A stretch of 45,060 nucleotides of DNA from a virus. Lineage: Duplodnaviria; Caudoviricetes. Location of the stretch: positions 1 to 45,060 of IMG/VR virus record IMGVR_UViG_3300017909_001370; one strand, 5' to 3'. Positions within the stretch are counted from its first letter, which is position 1, and each line of letters opens with the position of its first letter. Shown in pieces: positions 34,735 to 45,060 of the stretch. The notes under the pieces are model-generated. The model was not told the origin of the DNA, searched no databases, and worked only from the letters and a program-made list of their open reading frames with translations. A program made the position numbers and the translations under genes.

Positions 34735-34954
34735 AGAATTAATTAAAGTAGCAAAAGAGCCTATTGTTGATTCTGATGATGATATATCTGCCGACCGTTT
34801 AAAAAATGCGGCAGCCACAAAAAAATTAGCTATATTTGATGCGTTTGAAATATTAACACGCATACAAGAAGAAGAAGCTATACTTGAAAACAAACCTGCA
34901 ACCGAAGAAAAGAAAAAAGCTTTTTCGGGTTTTGCAGAAAGAAGATCTAAGTAA
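34679..34954 (+). CDS. Probable terminase small subunit
   Basis: Small helical protein whose stop overlaps the TerL start. Confidence 0.5.
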   Translation: MNIKETKKNIIQAGQRAVEELIKVAKEPIVDSDDDISADRLKNAAATKKLAIFDAFEILTRIQEEEAILENKPATEEKKKAFSGFAERRSK

Positions 34955-37164
34955 TGTACGAGCAAACTTTATATAGCATAATAACACCCATAAAGCAAAC
35001 CACAATAACCAGGTTAAACAAAAGCAAAAAATGGAGTTACGGTTATAACAAAGAAAATGATATAATTGTTATAAGTAAAACCGGACAAATAGGTGATATA
35101 TACCAAATACAAAATTTAAAAATTGCCTTACCAAAAACTCCAGCTAAAATAGATAAATCAAATGACAAATGGGTTGTTGAGGAGTTGCCAAAAGAATTAA
35201 AACGTATACAAAGTGTTTTTGATTGGCGAGATTATCCTGACGACTTTAAGGAAAAATGGGAACCGTATATAGATGAACAGTTCAGACGCCGCGAAGAAGG
35301 CTATTGGTTCAATAATAAGGGTGTGGGCACTTACATTACTGGCACTCACTTTATGTACTTGCAATGGTCTAAAATTGACGTTGGGCACCCAGAATTTAGG
35401 GAAGCCAACAGATTATTCTTCATCTTTTGGGAAGCTTGCAAAGCAGACCAAAGATGCTATGGTATGTGTTACCTCAAAAATAGACGGTCAGGATTTTCAT
35501 TCATGGCAAGCGGTGAGACCGTTAACATGGCAACAATATCAAGTGATGCACGATTCGGCATATTATCAAAGTCCGGTGCTGACGCTAAAAAAATGTTTAC
35601 CGACAAGGTAGTACCTATATCAGTTAACTATCCTTTTTTCTTTAAACCTATACAAGACGGTATGGACCGTCCAAAAACAGAGCTGGCATATAGAATACCA
35701 GCATCAAGACTTACAAGAAAGTCTATACAAAATAAACAAGACCAAGAGTTGTTAGAAGGATTAGATACAACTATTGACTGGAAAAATACAGGTGATAACA
35801 GTTATGATGGTGAAAAATTAAAACTGTTAGTTCACGACGAAAGTGGTAAATGGGAAAAGCCAGATAATATATTGAACAACTGGCGTGTAACAAAAACTAC
35901 ATTAAGATTAGGTAGTAGAGTTATTGGAAAGTGTATGATGGGTTCAACATCAAATGCCTTAGACAAAGGTGGTGAAAACTTTAAAAAGCTATATAATGAT
36001 TCAGATGTTACAAAACGAAACCGCAATGGACAGACTAAGTCAGGATTATATTCTTTGTTCATACCTATGGAATGGAACTACGAAGGATTCATTGATTCTT
36101 ATGGGATGCCTGTATTCGAAACCCCATCAAAAGATTGCGTTGGCCCACACGGGGACCCTATCGAGGTTGGCGTTATTCAACACTGGGATAATGAGGTAGA
36201 AGGATTAAAAGGTGATCAGGACGCTTTAAACGAGTTTTATAGACAGTTTCCGCGTACAGAAGAACATGCATTTAGAGATGAAACTAAAAATAGTATATTT
36301 AACTTAGTTAAAATATACGAACAAATAGACTATAATGAGGATTTGAAAAGCACGGGAGTTATTACGACTGGCAGCTTTAACTGGGAACACGGTATAAAAG
36401 ATACTAAAGTAATGTTTTCGCCAAATCCAAACGGAAGATTTAAAGTTTCCTGGGTGCCTAAAATTGGTTTGCAAAATAAGCAAATAATTAAAAATGGAAT
36501 TAAATATCCGGGTAATGAACACGTTGGCGCTTTTGGTTGTGACTCATACGATATATCAGGAACAACCGATGGGCAAGGGTCGAAAGGCGCATTGCATGGG
36601 TTAACTACGTTTAGCATGGAAGATGCCCCGGCTAATACATTTTTTTTAGAATATGTAGCTAGGCCACAAACTGCTGAAATGTTTTTTGAAGATGTTCTTA
36701 TGGCATTAGTATTTTATGGTATGCCAATATTAGCAGAAAATAATAAACCGCGATTGCTTTACTATTTAAAAAGACGTGGTTATAGAGGCTACTCAATGAA
36801 TAGACCTGACAAAATATATAACAAACTATCTGTAGCAGAAAAAGAAATAGGTGGTATACCTAATTCAAGTGAAGATATAAAACAAGCTCACGCTGCTGCA
36901 ATTGAAACATACATACAAAACCATGTTGGCATTACATCAGATGGTGAGTATGGTACGATGTATTTTAATCAAACTTTAAACGATTGGGCTAAGTTTGATA
37001 TAAATAGACGAACAAAATTTGATGCGGCTATTAGCTCGGGATTGGCAATAATGGCATGCAATAGGCACTTATACAGACCTAACCCTAAAGTTGAAAAACC
37101 AAAATTAAATTTGCATATCGCTAAGTATAAGAATAGCGGCGCAATATCTGAAATAATAAAATAA
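34954..37164 (+). CDS. Terminase large subunit
   Basis: KNRRSGFS (Walker A), LLVHDESGKW (Walker B), GST, FGCD nuclease Asp, C-terminal FDA.ISSGLA. Confidence 0.9.
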   Translation: MYEQTLYSIITPIKQTTITRLNKSKKWSYGYNKENDIIVISKTGQIGDIYQIQNLKIALPKTPAKIDKSNDKWVVEELPKELKRIQSVFDWRDYPDDFKEKWEPYIDEQFRRREEGYWFNNKGVGTYITGTHFMYLQWSKIDVGHPEFREANRLFFIFWEACKADQRCYGMCYLKNRRSGFSFMASGETVNMATISSDARFGILSKSGADAKKMFTDKVVPISVNYPFFFKPIQDGMDRPKTELAYRIPASRLTRKSIQNKQDQELLEGLDTTIDWKNTGDNSYDGEKLKLLVHDESGKWEKPDNILNNWRVTKTTLRLGSRVIGKCMMGSTSNALDKGGENFKKLYNDSDVTKRNRNGQTKSGLYSLFIPMEWNYEGFIDSYGMPVFETPSKDCVGPHGDPIEVGVIQHWDNEVEGLKGDQDALNEFYRQFPRTEEHAFRDETKNSIFNLVKIYEQIDYNEDLKSTGVITTGSFNWEHGIKDTKVMFSPNPNGRFKVSWVPKIGLQNKQIIKNGIKYPGNEHVGAFGCDSYDISGTTDGQGSKGALHGLTTFSMEDAPANTFFLEYVARPQTAEMFFEDVLMALVFYGMPILAENNKPRLLYYLKRRGYRGYSMNRPDKIYNKLSVAEKEIGGIPNSSEDIKQAHAAAIETYIQNHVGITSDGEYGTMYFNQTLNDWAKFDINRRTKFDAAISSGLAIMACNRHLYRPNPKVEKPKLNLHIAKYKNSGAISEIIK

Positions 37165-37168
37165 ACAT

Positions 37169-39517
37169 ATGGCTGAGTCAGTTATAAATAGTTTTTTTCC
37201 AAGCCAGGTTGCCAGCGACTCTGAGAAAATGTCGCCTGAGTATGGCTTAAGAGTTGGTAGAGCTATTCAAGATGAATGGTTTAAATCAGATTCTGGTACT
37301 AACAGGTATAAAAGTAATCAAAACACATTTCACAGGTTACGCTTATATGCTAGAGGCGAGCAATCAATACAAAAGTATAAAGATGAGTTATCTATTAATG
37401 GTGATTTATCGTATTTAAACATAGATTGGAAACCAGTTCCAATTATACCTAAGTTTGTAGATATAGTTGTAAACGGTATATCAGAAAGAGCTTTTGATAT
37501 TAAAGCATATTCGCAAGACCCATATGGTGTTGCTAAACGTTCTGAATATTTAGAAAGTATAGTTAGAGATATACAAACTAAAGAAATGAACGAGTTTGCT
37601 AAAGAAAACTTTGGTGTAAACTTATTTGAAAATCCACCAGAAACTTTACCAGAAACACAGGAAGAGCTAGATGTCCACATGCAGCTTACTTATAAGCAAG
37701 CGGTTGAAATAGCTGAAGAGCAAGCTATTAACGTTTTATTAGAAGGTAATAATTATGACTTAACTAAAAAGCGTGTTATATATGATTTAACCACAATAGG
37801 TATTGGTGCTGTTAAAAATAGATTTACAAAATCAGAGGGTATAGTTATTGATTATGTAGACCCCGCTAATTTAGTTTGGTCATATACTGATTCACCTTAT
37901 TTTGATGATATTTATTATTGTGGCGAAGTAAAAGATGTGCCAATTAACGAGCTTAAAAAACAATTCCCAGAGTTAACAGAAGAGGATTTAGAGCAAATAT
38001 CAAAACAAGGCTATCAAAATAACGGTTTTTACGATAGGACATTATCTAATTATAACGAAACAGATTCAAACACAGTTCAAGTATTGTATTTTAATTACAA
38101 AACATACATGAACGAAGTATATAAAATTAAAGAAACCGCAACAGGCGCGTCTAAAATTTTATTAAGAGATGACACATTTGATCCTCCAGTCGAGGTGCTA
38201 GAGCAACAATTTGGTAAGTTATCAAGATCTTTAGAAGTGTTGTATGAAGGTGTTTTAATACTGGGTACAGATTATTTACTTAAATGGGAGCTTCAAAAAA
38301 ATATGATGCGACCAAAAAGCGACAGCTCAAAAGTTTTAATGACTTATAGTATTAATGCGCCTAGGATGTATAAAGGCAAAGTAGAGTCTTTAGTTAGTAG
38401 AATAACCGGCTTTGCGGATATGATACAGCTAACGCATTTAAAGTTACAGCAAGTTATGTCTCGTATGGTACCAGACGGTGTTTATCTTGATGCTGATGGT
38501 TTAGCTGAAATTGATTTAGGAAACGGTACAAACTATAATCCGCAAGAAGCATTAAATATGTTTTTCCAAACAGGTTCCGTTATTGGCCGATCGTTTACAC
38601 AAGATGGTGATATGAACCCAGGCAAAGTGCCTATACAGGAAATAACAAGCGGATCAGGTGGTAATAAATTGCAATCATTAATTAGCACATACAATTATTA
38701 TTTACAAATGATAAGAGATGTGACCGGTTTAAATGAGGCAAGAGATGGCAGTATGCCTGACGCCAAGGCACTTGTGGGCGTTCAAAAAATAGCTGCAGCT
38801 AATAGTAATACAGCAACTCGACATATATTGGAAGGTGGATTGTTTATAACAGCACATCTTGCTGAATGTTTATCATTAAGAATATCTGATATTATAGAGT
38901 ATTCGCCAACACGCAATTCATTTATACAAAAGATAGGCGCACATAATGTTGCCACTCTTGACGAAATGCAAGATTTGCATTTATATGACTTTGGCATATT
39001 TATTACACTTATGCCAGACGAGGAAGAAAAGCAGATGTTAGAAAACAATATCCAAACAGCATTGTCAGCAGGGCTAATTGATTTAGATGATGCTATTGAT
39101 ATTCGGGAAGTGCAAAATTTAAAGCTTGCAAATCAGCTGCTAAAAATAAAGCGTAAGAAAAAACAAGAGCGAGATCAAGCAATACAACAACAAAATATTC
39201 AAGCGCAGGCGCAAGCGAACGCGCAAGCCCAACAAGTTGCAGCACAAGCGGAAATTCAAAAGCAACAAGCTATAACCGCTCAAAAAGCAGAATTAGAACA
39301 ATTAAAAGGGCAGCTTGAATTACAAAAACTAGAAGCCGAAGTAGAAGCTAAGAAGCAATTAATGGCTGAAGAGTTTAATTACAATATTCAATTAAAGAAT
39401 ATGGAGGCCGCTAATACAAGCGCGCTAGAAAGCCAAAAACAGGCAGAATCCTTTGAGTCTGGCGGAAACGACATAATTGGAGGAGGATTTGACTTAGGTA
39501 CCTTTGAACCTAAGTAA
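37169..39517 (+). CDS. Portal protein
   Basis: 782 aa directly after TerL; PIIPKFVD, TG.N.ARDG, Gln-rich C-terminal coiled-coil barrel. Confidence 0.85.
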   Translation: MAESVINSFFPSQVASDSEKMSPEYGLRVGRAIQDEWFKSDSGTNRYKSNQNTFHRLRLYARGEQSIQKYKDELSINGDLSYLNIDWKPVPIIPKFVDIVVNGISERAFDIKAYSQDPYGVAKRSEYLESIVRDIQTKEMNEFAKENFGVNLFENPPETLPETQEELDVHMQLTYKQAVEIAEEQAINVLLEGNNYDLTKKRVIYDLTTIGIGAVKNRFTKSEGIVIDYVDPANLVWSYTDSPYFDDIYYCGEVKDVPINELKKQFPELTEEDLEQISKQGYQNNGFYDRTLSNYNETDSNTVQVLYFNYKTYMNEVYKIKETATGASKILLRDDTFDPPVEVLEQQFGKLSRSLEVLYEGVLILGTDYLLKWELQKNMMRPKSDSSKVLMTYSINAPRMYKGKVESLVSRITGFADMIQLTHLKLQQVMSRMVPDGVYLDADGLAEIDLGNGTNYNPQEALNMFFQTGSVIGRSFTQDGDMNPGKVPIQEITSGSGGNKLQSLISTYNYYLQMIRDVTGLNEARDGSMPDAKALVGVQKIAAANSNTATRHILEGGLFITAHLAECLSLRISDIIEYSPTRNSFIQKIGAHNVATLDEMQDLHLYDFGIFITLMPDEEEKQMLENNIQTALSAGLIDLDDAIDIREVQNLKLANQLLKIKRKKKQERDQAIQQQNIQAQAQANAQAQQVAAQAEIQKQQAITAQKAELEQLKGQLELQKLEAEVEAKKQLMAEEFNYNIQLKNMEAANTSALESQKQAESFESGGNDIIGGGFDLGTFEPK

Positions 39518-39550
39518 TAATAGTAATGTATAATTATATAATATTTTATC

Positions 39551-40768
39551 ATGTCAGAAAACCAAGAAGAAGTTCTTGAAGTACAAGAAGATACGCAAGA
39601 ACAAACTACTAATGAAACAGAAGTAGTTGAAGAAAAACCAGATACAGGCGCATCAGTCGCTGAAGATGGTACGATTAAATTAGATTTAGGAAAACTTAAT
39701 AAACCACAAGAAGATGCCGTTCAAGAGCAAAGCACAGATGACAGCGATGTTGCTGTCGGAGAACCCGAAGACAAGACAGACAGCGAAGAAGTGGTTGAAG
39801 AAGTACGGGACACCGAAGAGAAAGAAGAAGTAGTTTTAGAAGAAGTAACAGAAGAAGAGCCAGCGCCTGAACCAACAGTTGAAGAATCAAAAGAAGTTGT
39901 TGAAGAAGTTGTTGAGCAACCAAAGGAAAAAGCTATTGATATTCCTGAAAATATTGAAAAAGTTGTAGAATTTATAAATGAAACAGGTGGCAGCCTTGAA
40001 GACTATGTAAGACTAAACACCGACTATTCTAAACTTAACGAAGCACAGCTAATTAGAGAATATTACGAAACAACAAAACCACATTTAGATGCTGAAGATA
40101 TACAGCTGCTAATGGAAGACTTTTCGTATGACGAAGAATTAGATGAGCCAAAAGATATAAGAAAAGCAAAAATTGCTTTTAAAGAAGAGGCTGCTAAAGC
40201 TAAAAAGCATTTAGAAGGATTAAAGTCTCAATATTATGAAAACATTAAAGCTGGATCTAACTTAACGGCTGATCAGCAAAAAGCGGTTGATTTTTTCAAT
40301 CGTTATAATAAAGATAACGAAGAAGCTAATAAAGTAGCGGAATCGCAAAAGAAAATATTTTTAACTGAAACCGAAAACGTTTTTAATAAGGATTTCAAAG
40401 GTTTTGATTATTCTGTTGGAGACAAAAAGTATAGGTTTAAAATTAAAAATACTGAAGACGTAAAGACGACCCAAAGCAACATTAATAATTTTGTCAAGAA
40501 GTTCTTGAACGATAAAAATGAAATGGCTGATGCTAAGGGTTATCATAAGTCGCTATTTACAGCTATGAACGCTGATGCAATTGCAAACCACTTTTATGAG
40601 CAAGGTAAAGCCGATGCAATGAAAGACAGTATGGCAAGAACCAAAAATGTTGACATGGAACCGAGACGGGGCCATGAAAAAGTAACAACACAAAACGGTT
40701 GGACCATACGAGCGGTACCAAGCGATGCAGCCAGCACTAGTAGTTTTAAAATTAAAAAACGTAATTAA
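39551..40768 (+). CDS. Probable capsid scaffolding protein
   Basis: Very acidic N-half, helical C-half; between portal and capsid genes. Confidence 0.65.
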   Translation: MSENQEEVLEVQEDTQEQTTNETEVVEEKPDTGASVAEDGTIKLDLGKLNKPQEDAVQEQSTDDSDVAVGEPEDKTDSEEVVEEVRDTEEKEEVVLEEVTEEEPAPEPTVEESKEVVEEVVEQPKEKAIDIPENIEKVVEFINETGGSLEDYVRLNTDYSKLNEAQLIREYYETTKPHLDAEDIQLLMEDFSYDEELDEPKDIRKAKIAFKEEAAKAKKHLEGLKSQYYENIKAGSNLTADQQKAVDFFNRYNKDNEEANKVAESQKKIFLTETENVFNKDFKGFDYSVGDKKYRFKIKNTEDVKTTQSNINNFVKKFLNDKNEMADAKGYHKSLFTAMNADAIANHFYEQGKADAMKDSMARTKNVDMEPRRGHEKVTTQNGWTIRAVPSDAASTSSFKIKKRN

Positions 40769-40790
40769 TTAACCATTAAAAATAAATAAA

Positions 40791-42203
40791 ATGGCTGGAT
40801 CTTTTACCGGGAGTCAAACGGCTCTCGCACATTTAACACCACGACCAGTTAAAGGATTGTTTGGAGACAACTACCTTTCTGTCGCGGACCTAGATTTCAC
40901 GCAACAATTTTTGCCTGAGGTCTATGAAAAAGAAGTAGAGCGATATGGTAATCGTACTATTTCTGGTTTCCTACGTATGGTAGGAGCTGAAATGCCTATG
41001 GCGTCTGACGTAATCACTTGGTCAGAGCAAGGTAGACTGCATATTGCATATGACGACGTAGAAGTAGTCGATACCACAACTTTAACTTTCCCAGCTGATC
41101 ACTTGATCGGAAAAGGAATGACTATCGTTGTATCTAAAGGGTTTACTACTCAAAAAGCATATGTACAAGATGTGGTTGGACAAACAGTAACTGTAGATAC
41201 TTATGGCGAAATTGCTGGTCTTACAATAACCGGAGCTGACGTTAAAGTATTTGTATATGGTTCTGAATATGCTAAAGGAACTGAAAAAGCTGGTAATTCA
41301 GTTGACGCTTCTTTCACAACTTTCAACAACAAACCAATTATTCTTAGAGATAAGTATAATGTAAATGGTTCTGATGTTGCTCAAATTGGTTGGGTAGAAG
41401 TAACTACTGAGGCTGGAACTTCTGGTTATCTTTGGTACTTAAAATCTGAGCACGAAGCGCGCATTCGTTTCGAAGATCAACTTGAAATGGCTATGGTTGA
41501 AGCAGAAAAATCTTTGAACATTGATGGTACAGTAAGAAATATTACTGCTGCTGCTGGTTTCGGAGGTGGTTCAAGCGTAACTGGTTCTGAAGGTCTTTTT
41601 GCTGCACTTGAAGATAGAGGTCTTGTATACACTGACGCTGACTTTGGCGCTGCTGGTGGTGCTGGTCTTGATGACTTTGACACTATTTTAGCTGAGCTAG
41701 ATAAGCAAGGTTCAATCGAAGAAAACATGCTTTTCTTGGATAGAGGTACATCTTTAGCTATCGACAATATGCTAGCTGCTCAAAACTCTTATGGGACTGG
41801 CGGTACATCTTACGGTGTATTTGACAATTCTGAAGATATGGCGCTTAACCTTGGTTTCTCAGGATTCCGCAGAGGTTCTTACGATTTCTACAAAACTGAC
41901 TGGAAATATCTAAACGATTCTACAACTCGTGGATTAGTTGCAGATGTTGAAGGTGTGCTAGTTCCTGCTGGTACTTCTACAGTTTATGATCAGCAACTCG
42001 GAAAGAATATCTCTCGACCATTCTTGCACATTCGCTACAGAGCTTCTGAAGCTGATGACCGAAGAATGAAGTCTTGGGTGACTGGATCAGTAGGAGGTAA
42101 CTATACTTCTGACGCTGACGAAATGAACGTACACTTCTTGTCAGAAAGAGCGTTGTGTGTTCAAGCTGCTAACAACTTCGTATTGTTTAAAGCTACAAGC
42201 TAA
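40791..42203 (+). CDS. Major capsid protein
   Basis: 470 aa in canonical position; W.E, G.EGL motifs; strongly biased codon usage; followed by a strong hairpin. Confidence 0.85.
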   Translation: MAGSFTGSQTALAHLTPRPVKGLFGDNYLSVADLDFTQQFLPEVYEKEVERYGNRTISGFLRMVGAEMPMASDVITWSEQGRLHIAYDDVEVVDTTTLTFPADHLIGKGMTIVVSKGFTTQKAYVQDVVGQTVTVDTYGEIAGLTITGADVKVFVYGSEYAKGTEKAGNSVDASFTTFNNKPIILRDKYNVNGSDVAQIGWVEVTTEAGTSGYLWYLKSEHEARIRFEDQLEMAMVEAEKSLNIDGTVRNITAAAGFGGGSSVTGSEGLFAALEDRGLVYTDADFGAAGGAGLDDFDTILAELDKQGSIEENMLFLDRGTSLAIDNMLAAQNSYGTGGTSYGVFDNSEDMALNLGFSGFRRGSYDFYKTDWKYLNDSTTRGLVADVEGVLVPAGTSTVYDQQLGKNISRPFLHIRYRASEADDRRMKSWVTGSVGGNYTSDADEMNVHFLSERALCVQAANNFVLFKATS

Positions 42204-42210
42204 AAACCCT

Positions 42211-42251
42211 GTAGTAATTACCCTCGTCATATCGGCGGGGGTAGTTATTAC
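42211..42251 (+). terminator. 18-bp hairpin after the capsid gene (terminator or 3' stabiliser)
   Basis: GTAGTAATTACCCTCGTC-ATATC-GGCGGGGGTAGTTATTAC, four G.U pairs, T-rich downstream. Confidence 0.7.
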
Positions 42252-42277
42252 TTCTAACATTTTTATTTTATTATATC

Positions 42278-43045
42278 ATGGGAAAAACAAAAGAACCTAC
42301 GGTTGATACATCGTGGGAAATTAAAGACAGATTATATACGCTTAAAAATAACAAGCGTCCATTAGTATTTACGGTACCATCTAAGCATAGTGCGCGTAAA
42401 CCATTACTTTGGTTTGACGAAAAAAAAGGGTACCAAAGAGAACTAAAATATGCAACTAATCAGCCATCACCATTTGTTGATGAACAAAAAGGGCCGGCAA
42501 CATTAGGGCGAATAGTTTTTAGAGATGGTGCATTAAATGTACCTAAAGAAAATCAAGTATTACAAAAACTATTATCATTATATCATCCGATGTCTGAAGA
42601 GGTATGGGAAGAATATAAACCACAGCAACAAGCAGCTAGCCAACTGGATTGGATTGAAGCAGAAATTGAAGCGCTTAACTTAGCTAAATCACTTGATATG
42701 GAGCAATTAGAAGCTATATTAAGAGTTGAATTTGGTTCCAAAGTAAATCAGCTATCAAGCAGCGAATTAAAGCGAGACGGGTTAATATTTGCAAAAAGAA
42801 AACCTGTGTTATTTGTTGAATTAGCAAATGATGATAACGTTCAATTAAGGAACTTTGGTATTAAAGCTACAGAAGCTGGATTAATTAAATTATCTGCCGA
42901 TCAAAGAACATTTACATATGGAGACGGAGATAGAAAGCTTATGACGGTGCCATTTGATGAAAACCCATATTCTGCATTAGCAGCGTGGTTTAAAACTGAC
43001 GAAGGCGTAGAGGTTTATAAGACAATTGAAAAACGACTTAAATAG
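42278..43045 (+). CDS. Hypothetical protein in the head module
   Basis: ORF track. Confidence 0.75.
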   Translation: MGKTKEPTVDTSWEIKDRLYTLKNNKRPLVFTVPSKHSARKPLLWFDEKKGYQRELKYATNQPSPFVDEQKGPATLGRIVFRDGALNVPKENQVLQKLLSLYHPMSEEVWEEYKPQQQAASQLDWIEAEIEALNLAKSLDMEQLEAILRVEFGSKVNQLSSSELKRDGLIFAKRKPVLFVELANDDNVQLRNFGIKATEAGLIKLSADQRTFTYGDGDRKLMTVPFDENPYSALAAWFKTDEGVEVYKTIEKRLK

Positions 43046-43051
43046 TCACTC

Positions 43052-43090
43052 ATAATGGTTAGGCCATCTTATGGGTGGCCTAATTATTAT
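43052..43090 (+). terminator. Intergenic 17-18 bp hairpin
   Basis: ATAATGGTTAGGCCATCT-TAT-GGGTGGCCTAATTATTAT. Confidence 0.6.
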
Positions 43091-43102
43091 AAATAAAAAA
43101 GT

Positions 43103-43888
43103 ATGAGCGTAAGTATAGATACTGTTTATCAAAGAGTGTTAGGTATACTCAATAAAGAACAACGAGGATATGTTACGCCTCAGGAATTTAATTTATTTGC
43201 CAATCAAGCACAGTTAGATTTGTTTGAGCAATATTTTTATGATATAAATCAGTTTGGAAGAATGCCTGGTAATGATACAGAGTATTCTGATATGTTAGAC
43301 TTATTAAATAAAAAAATAGCTGTTTTTGAAAAGCAAAGTGAATTAACTTATGATTTAGCAAACAGTAATTTTCCACTGCCAACAGATATGTATAGGCTAG
43401 GCACGGTTATATATACTAATGTAACTACAAGAGATTTATATCCATCACCTACACAGCCAGCCAACTTTCCAACAAGCGATCCTACAATACACAGACAAAC
43501 TATTAATAGCGATATAGAGGCTGAAAGAATAAATGGTAATGATTTTTTATATATAAATTTATCACCATTAACTAAACCAAAAAATTCTTTGCCAGTATAT
43601 GTGTCTAAAAATGGTACTATAAATGTATACGGAGACACCGAATTAACTTCTGGTGTAAAGTGTAATTATATACGTAAGCCCGCTAAGGTAGAGTGGAAAT
43701 ATCAAATGGTATATGGTGAAGCTTTATATGACGCTACATATTCTGTAGATTTTGAATTAGATCCTTCGGAAGAAACTGAGCTTGTAATTAAAATATTAGA
43801 GCTTGCTGGATTAGTAACAAAAGATTTACAGCTTTATCAAATAGCAGCTGGAGAAGAAGTCAAGAACACACAACAAGAAAAAGCATAA
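43103..43888 (+). CDS. Putative head-tail adaptor/tail tubular protein
   Basis: NK...GY.TP.EFN..A.QAQ, LP.D.Y.L, Y.RKP patterns; position after the capsid genes. Confidence 0.65.
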   Translation: MSVSIDTVYQRVLGILNKEQRGYVTPQEFNLFANQAQLDLFEQYFYDINQFGRMPGNDTEYSDMLDLLNKKIAVFEKQSELTYDLANSNFPLPTDMYRLGTVIYTNVTTRDLYPSPTQPANFPTSDPTIHRQTINSDIEAERINGNDFLYINLSPLTKPKNSLPVYVSKNGTINVYGDTELTSGVKCNYIRKPAKVEWKYQMVYGEALYDATYSVDFELDPSEETELVIKILELAGLVTKDLQLYQIAAGEEVKNTQQEKA

Positions 43889-43891
43889 TAG

Positions 43892-44812
43892 ATGGGTTTA
43901 CTATATCAAAATAACGAACAATACTATTTAGGGCCGGACGGCGTATGGAATAGTTATGATGAAAATTACGGTAGCTACCAGTCTATTTCTATAGGTGATA
44001 TTATAAATAACTTTATTATATCTTATGTGGGTGAAGGTAAGCTTATCAACAAAATAAAAAGAACGGATGTAGCTTTCCATGCTCAGCGTGGTTTAGCCGA
44101 AATGAGTTTTGATATTTTACCATCAGCTAAGTTTATTGAAGTTGAGGTTGGCCCTACATTATATGTACCGCTACCACAAGATTTTGTTGGTTATATAAAA
44201 ATATCAATGACAGATCAAGCTGGTATAGAAAAAATATTATACCCTGCCAGAAAAACAGGTGACCCTGTGCCATATGTTCAAGATAATAATTATGAATATA
44301 TTTTTGACGAGCAAAACAGAGAAATAGTAACTGCCACGCCGTCTGAAACATTTAAAAGATTTAGAAGATCTGAAGGATCTGGCAACTCACCAGAAACGGA
44401 TTTTCAAAACATGGGCAACGCCGATCTTATACAAAACGCTTTAAAAGGTCGCAGATATGGGTTAGACCCTGAGCATGCACAAAGCAACGGCGTGTTTTTT
44501 ATTGATCAAGTAAGAGGTGTTATGCACTTTAGTTCAAATGTAGTTGGGCAAATTATAACTATAAAGTATGTGTCAGATGGTTTAGCCACTGATGAAGATA
44601 GTAAAATACATAAGTTTGCGGAAGAAGCTTTATATAAGTATATAGCTTATGCAATTGTTTCAACACGTCCAACAACACCGGAGTACATCGTACAAAGATA
44701 TAAAAAAGAGGCAAGGGCATCTAAGCGTAACGCTAAACTAAGGTTGTCAAATATTAAGCTAGAAGAATTAACGCAAGTAATGCGTGGTAAGTCTAAGCAA
44801 ATAAAACACTAA
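43892..44812 (+). CDS. Putative tail tubular/adaptor protein
   Basis: LPQDFV.Y, Y.SDG, EEALY.YI patterns; position. Confidence 0.65.
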   Translation: MGLLYQNNEQYYLGPDGVWNSYDENYGSYQSISIGDIINNFIISYVGEGKLINKIKRTDVAFHAQRGLAEMSFDILPSAKFIEVEVGPTLYVPLPQDFVGYIKISMTDQAGIEKILYPARKTGDPVPYVQDNNYEYIFDEQNREIVTATPSETFKRFRRSEGSGNSPETDFQNMGNADLIQNALKGRRYGLDPEHAQSNGVFFIDQVRGVMHFSSNVVGQIITIKYVSDGLATDEDSKIHKFAEEALYKYIAYAIVSTRPTTPEYIVQRYKKEARASKRNAKLRLSNIKLEELTQVMRGKSKQIKH

Positions 44813-44815
44813 AAT

Positions 44816-45060
44816 ATGCCAGAATTATTGCACACGTTCACAAAAGGTAAAATGAACAAAGACCTTGATGAACGTATAATTCCAAATGGCGAGTACCGTG
44901 ACGCATTAAACCTAGAGGTGGCTACGTCAGAGGGCTCAGACGTTGGTACATTGCAAACCCTTGTTGGTAATGAGCAAATGCTTAATCGTACTTTAAATGA
45001 AGTAACAACATTACACACTACATGGGCTCAATCCGGGCTTGCCTATATTCCTGCCGATGC
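44816..45060 (+). CDS. Putative tail stabilisation/nozzle protein, N-terminal part (runs off the right edge)
   Basis: Manual translation MPELLHTFTKGKMNKDLDERIIPNGEYRDALN...GN. Confidence 0.7.
   Translation, partial: MPELLHTFTKGKMNKDLDERIIPNGEYRDALNLEVATSEGSDVGTLQTLVGNEQMLNRTLNEVTTLHTTWAQSGLAYIPAD

Noticed and set aside
19637-45018. Numerous minus-strand track ORFs in the structural arm
   Set aside because: Antisense shadows of long, well-supported plus-strand genes.
1-45060. Stop-codon reassignment, introns or inteins
   Set aside because: Core genes (terminase, portal, capsid, primase, RNR) are uninterrupted and of normal length in the standard code.

Overview
AT-rich fragment of a tailed dsDNA phage genome, probably podovirus-like and probably infecting a Bacteroidota/Flavobacteria host (inferred from gene content and from AT-rich leaders lacking Shine-Dalgarno sites). 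The left arm (1-18.86 kb, minus strand) starts with an early array of small ORFs driven by nine copies of a fixed-spacing tripartite promoter, plus an ncRNA cluster. Downstream lie ligase, a DenV-like glycosylase, an HTH protein, a sigma factor, an ERF/exonuclease/SSB recombination module, a primase-helicase, a thymidylate-synthase homologue, NTP pyrophosphatases, an endonuclease and a class I RNR. The right arm (19.15-45 kb, plus strand) holds tail fibres/adhesins, GroEL/GroES, a holin, terminase, portal, scaffold, major capsid and tail proteins. Three signals stand out. (1) The ThyA homologue carries Asn->Asp and His->Tyr changes at the positions that govern dUMP versus dCMP specificity, and sits next to a GIY-YIG/MazG fusion: a candidate cytosine-modification system. 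(2) An 85-nt 'mini-tmRNA' (tRNA-like domain only) displays a 26-nt loop that is duplicated exactly in a second hairpin with a different stem. (3) Three copies of a 46-48 bp inverted-repeat element occur, one overlapping the start of the HTH gene. All family calls are from motif recognition by eye; no searches were run.
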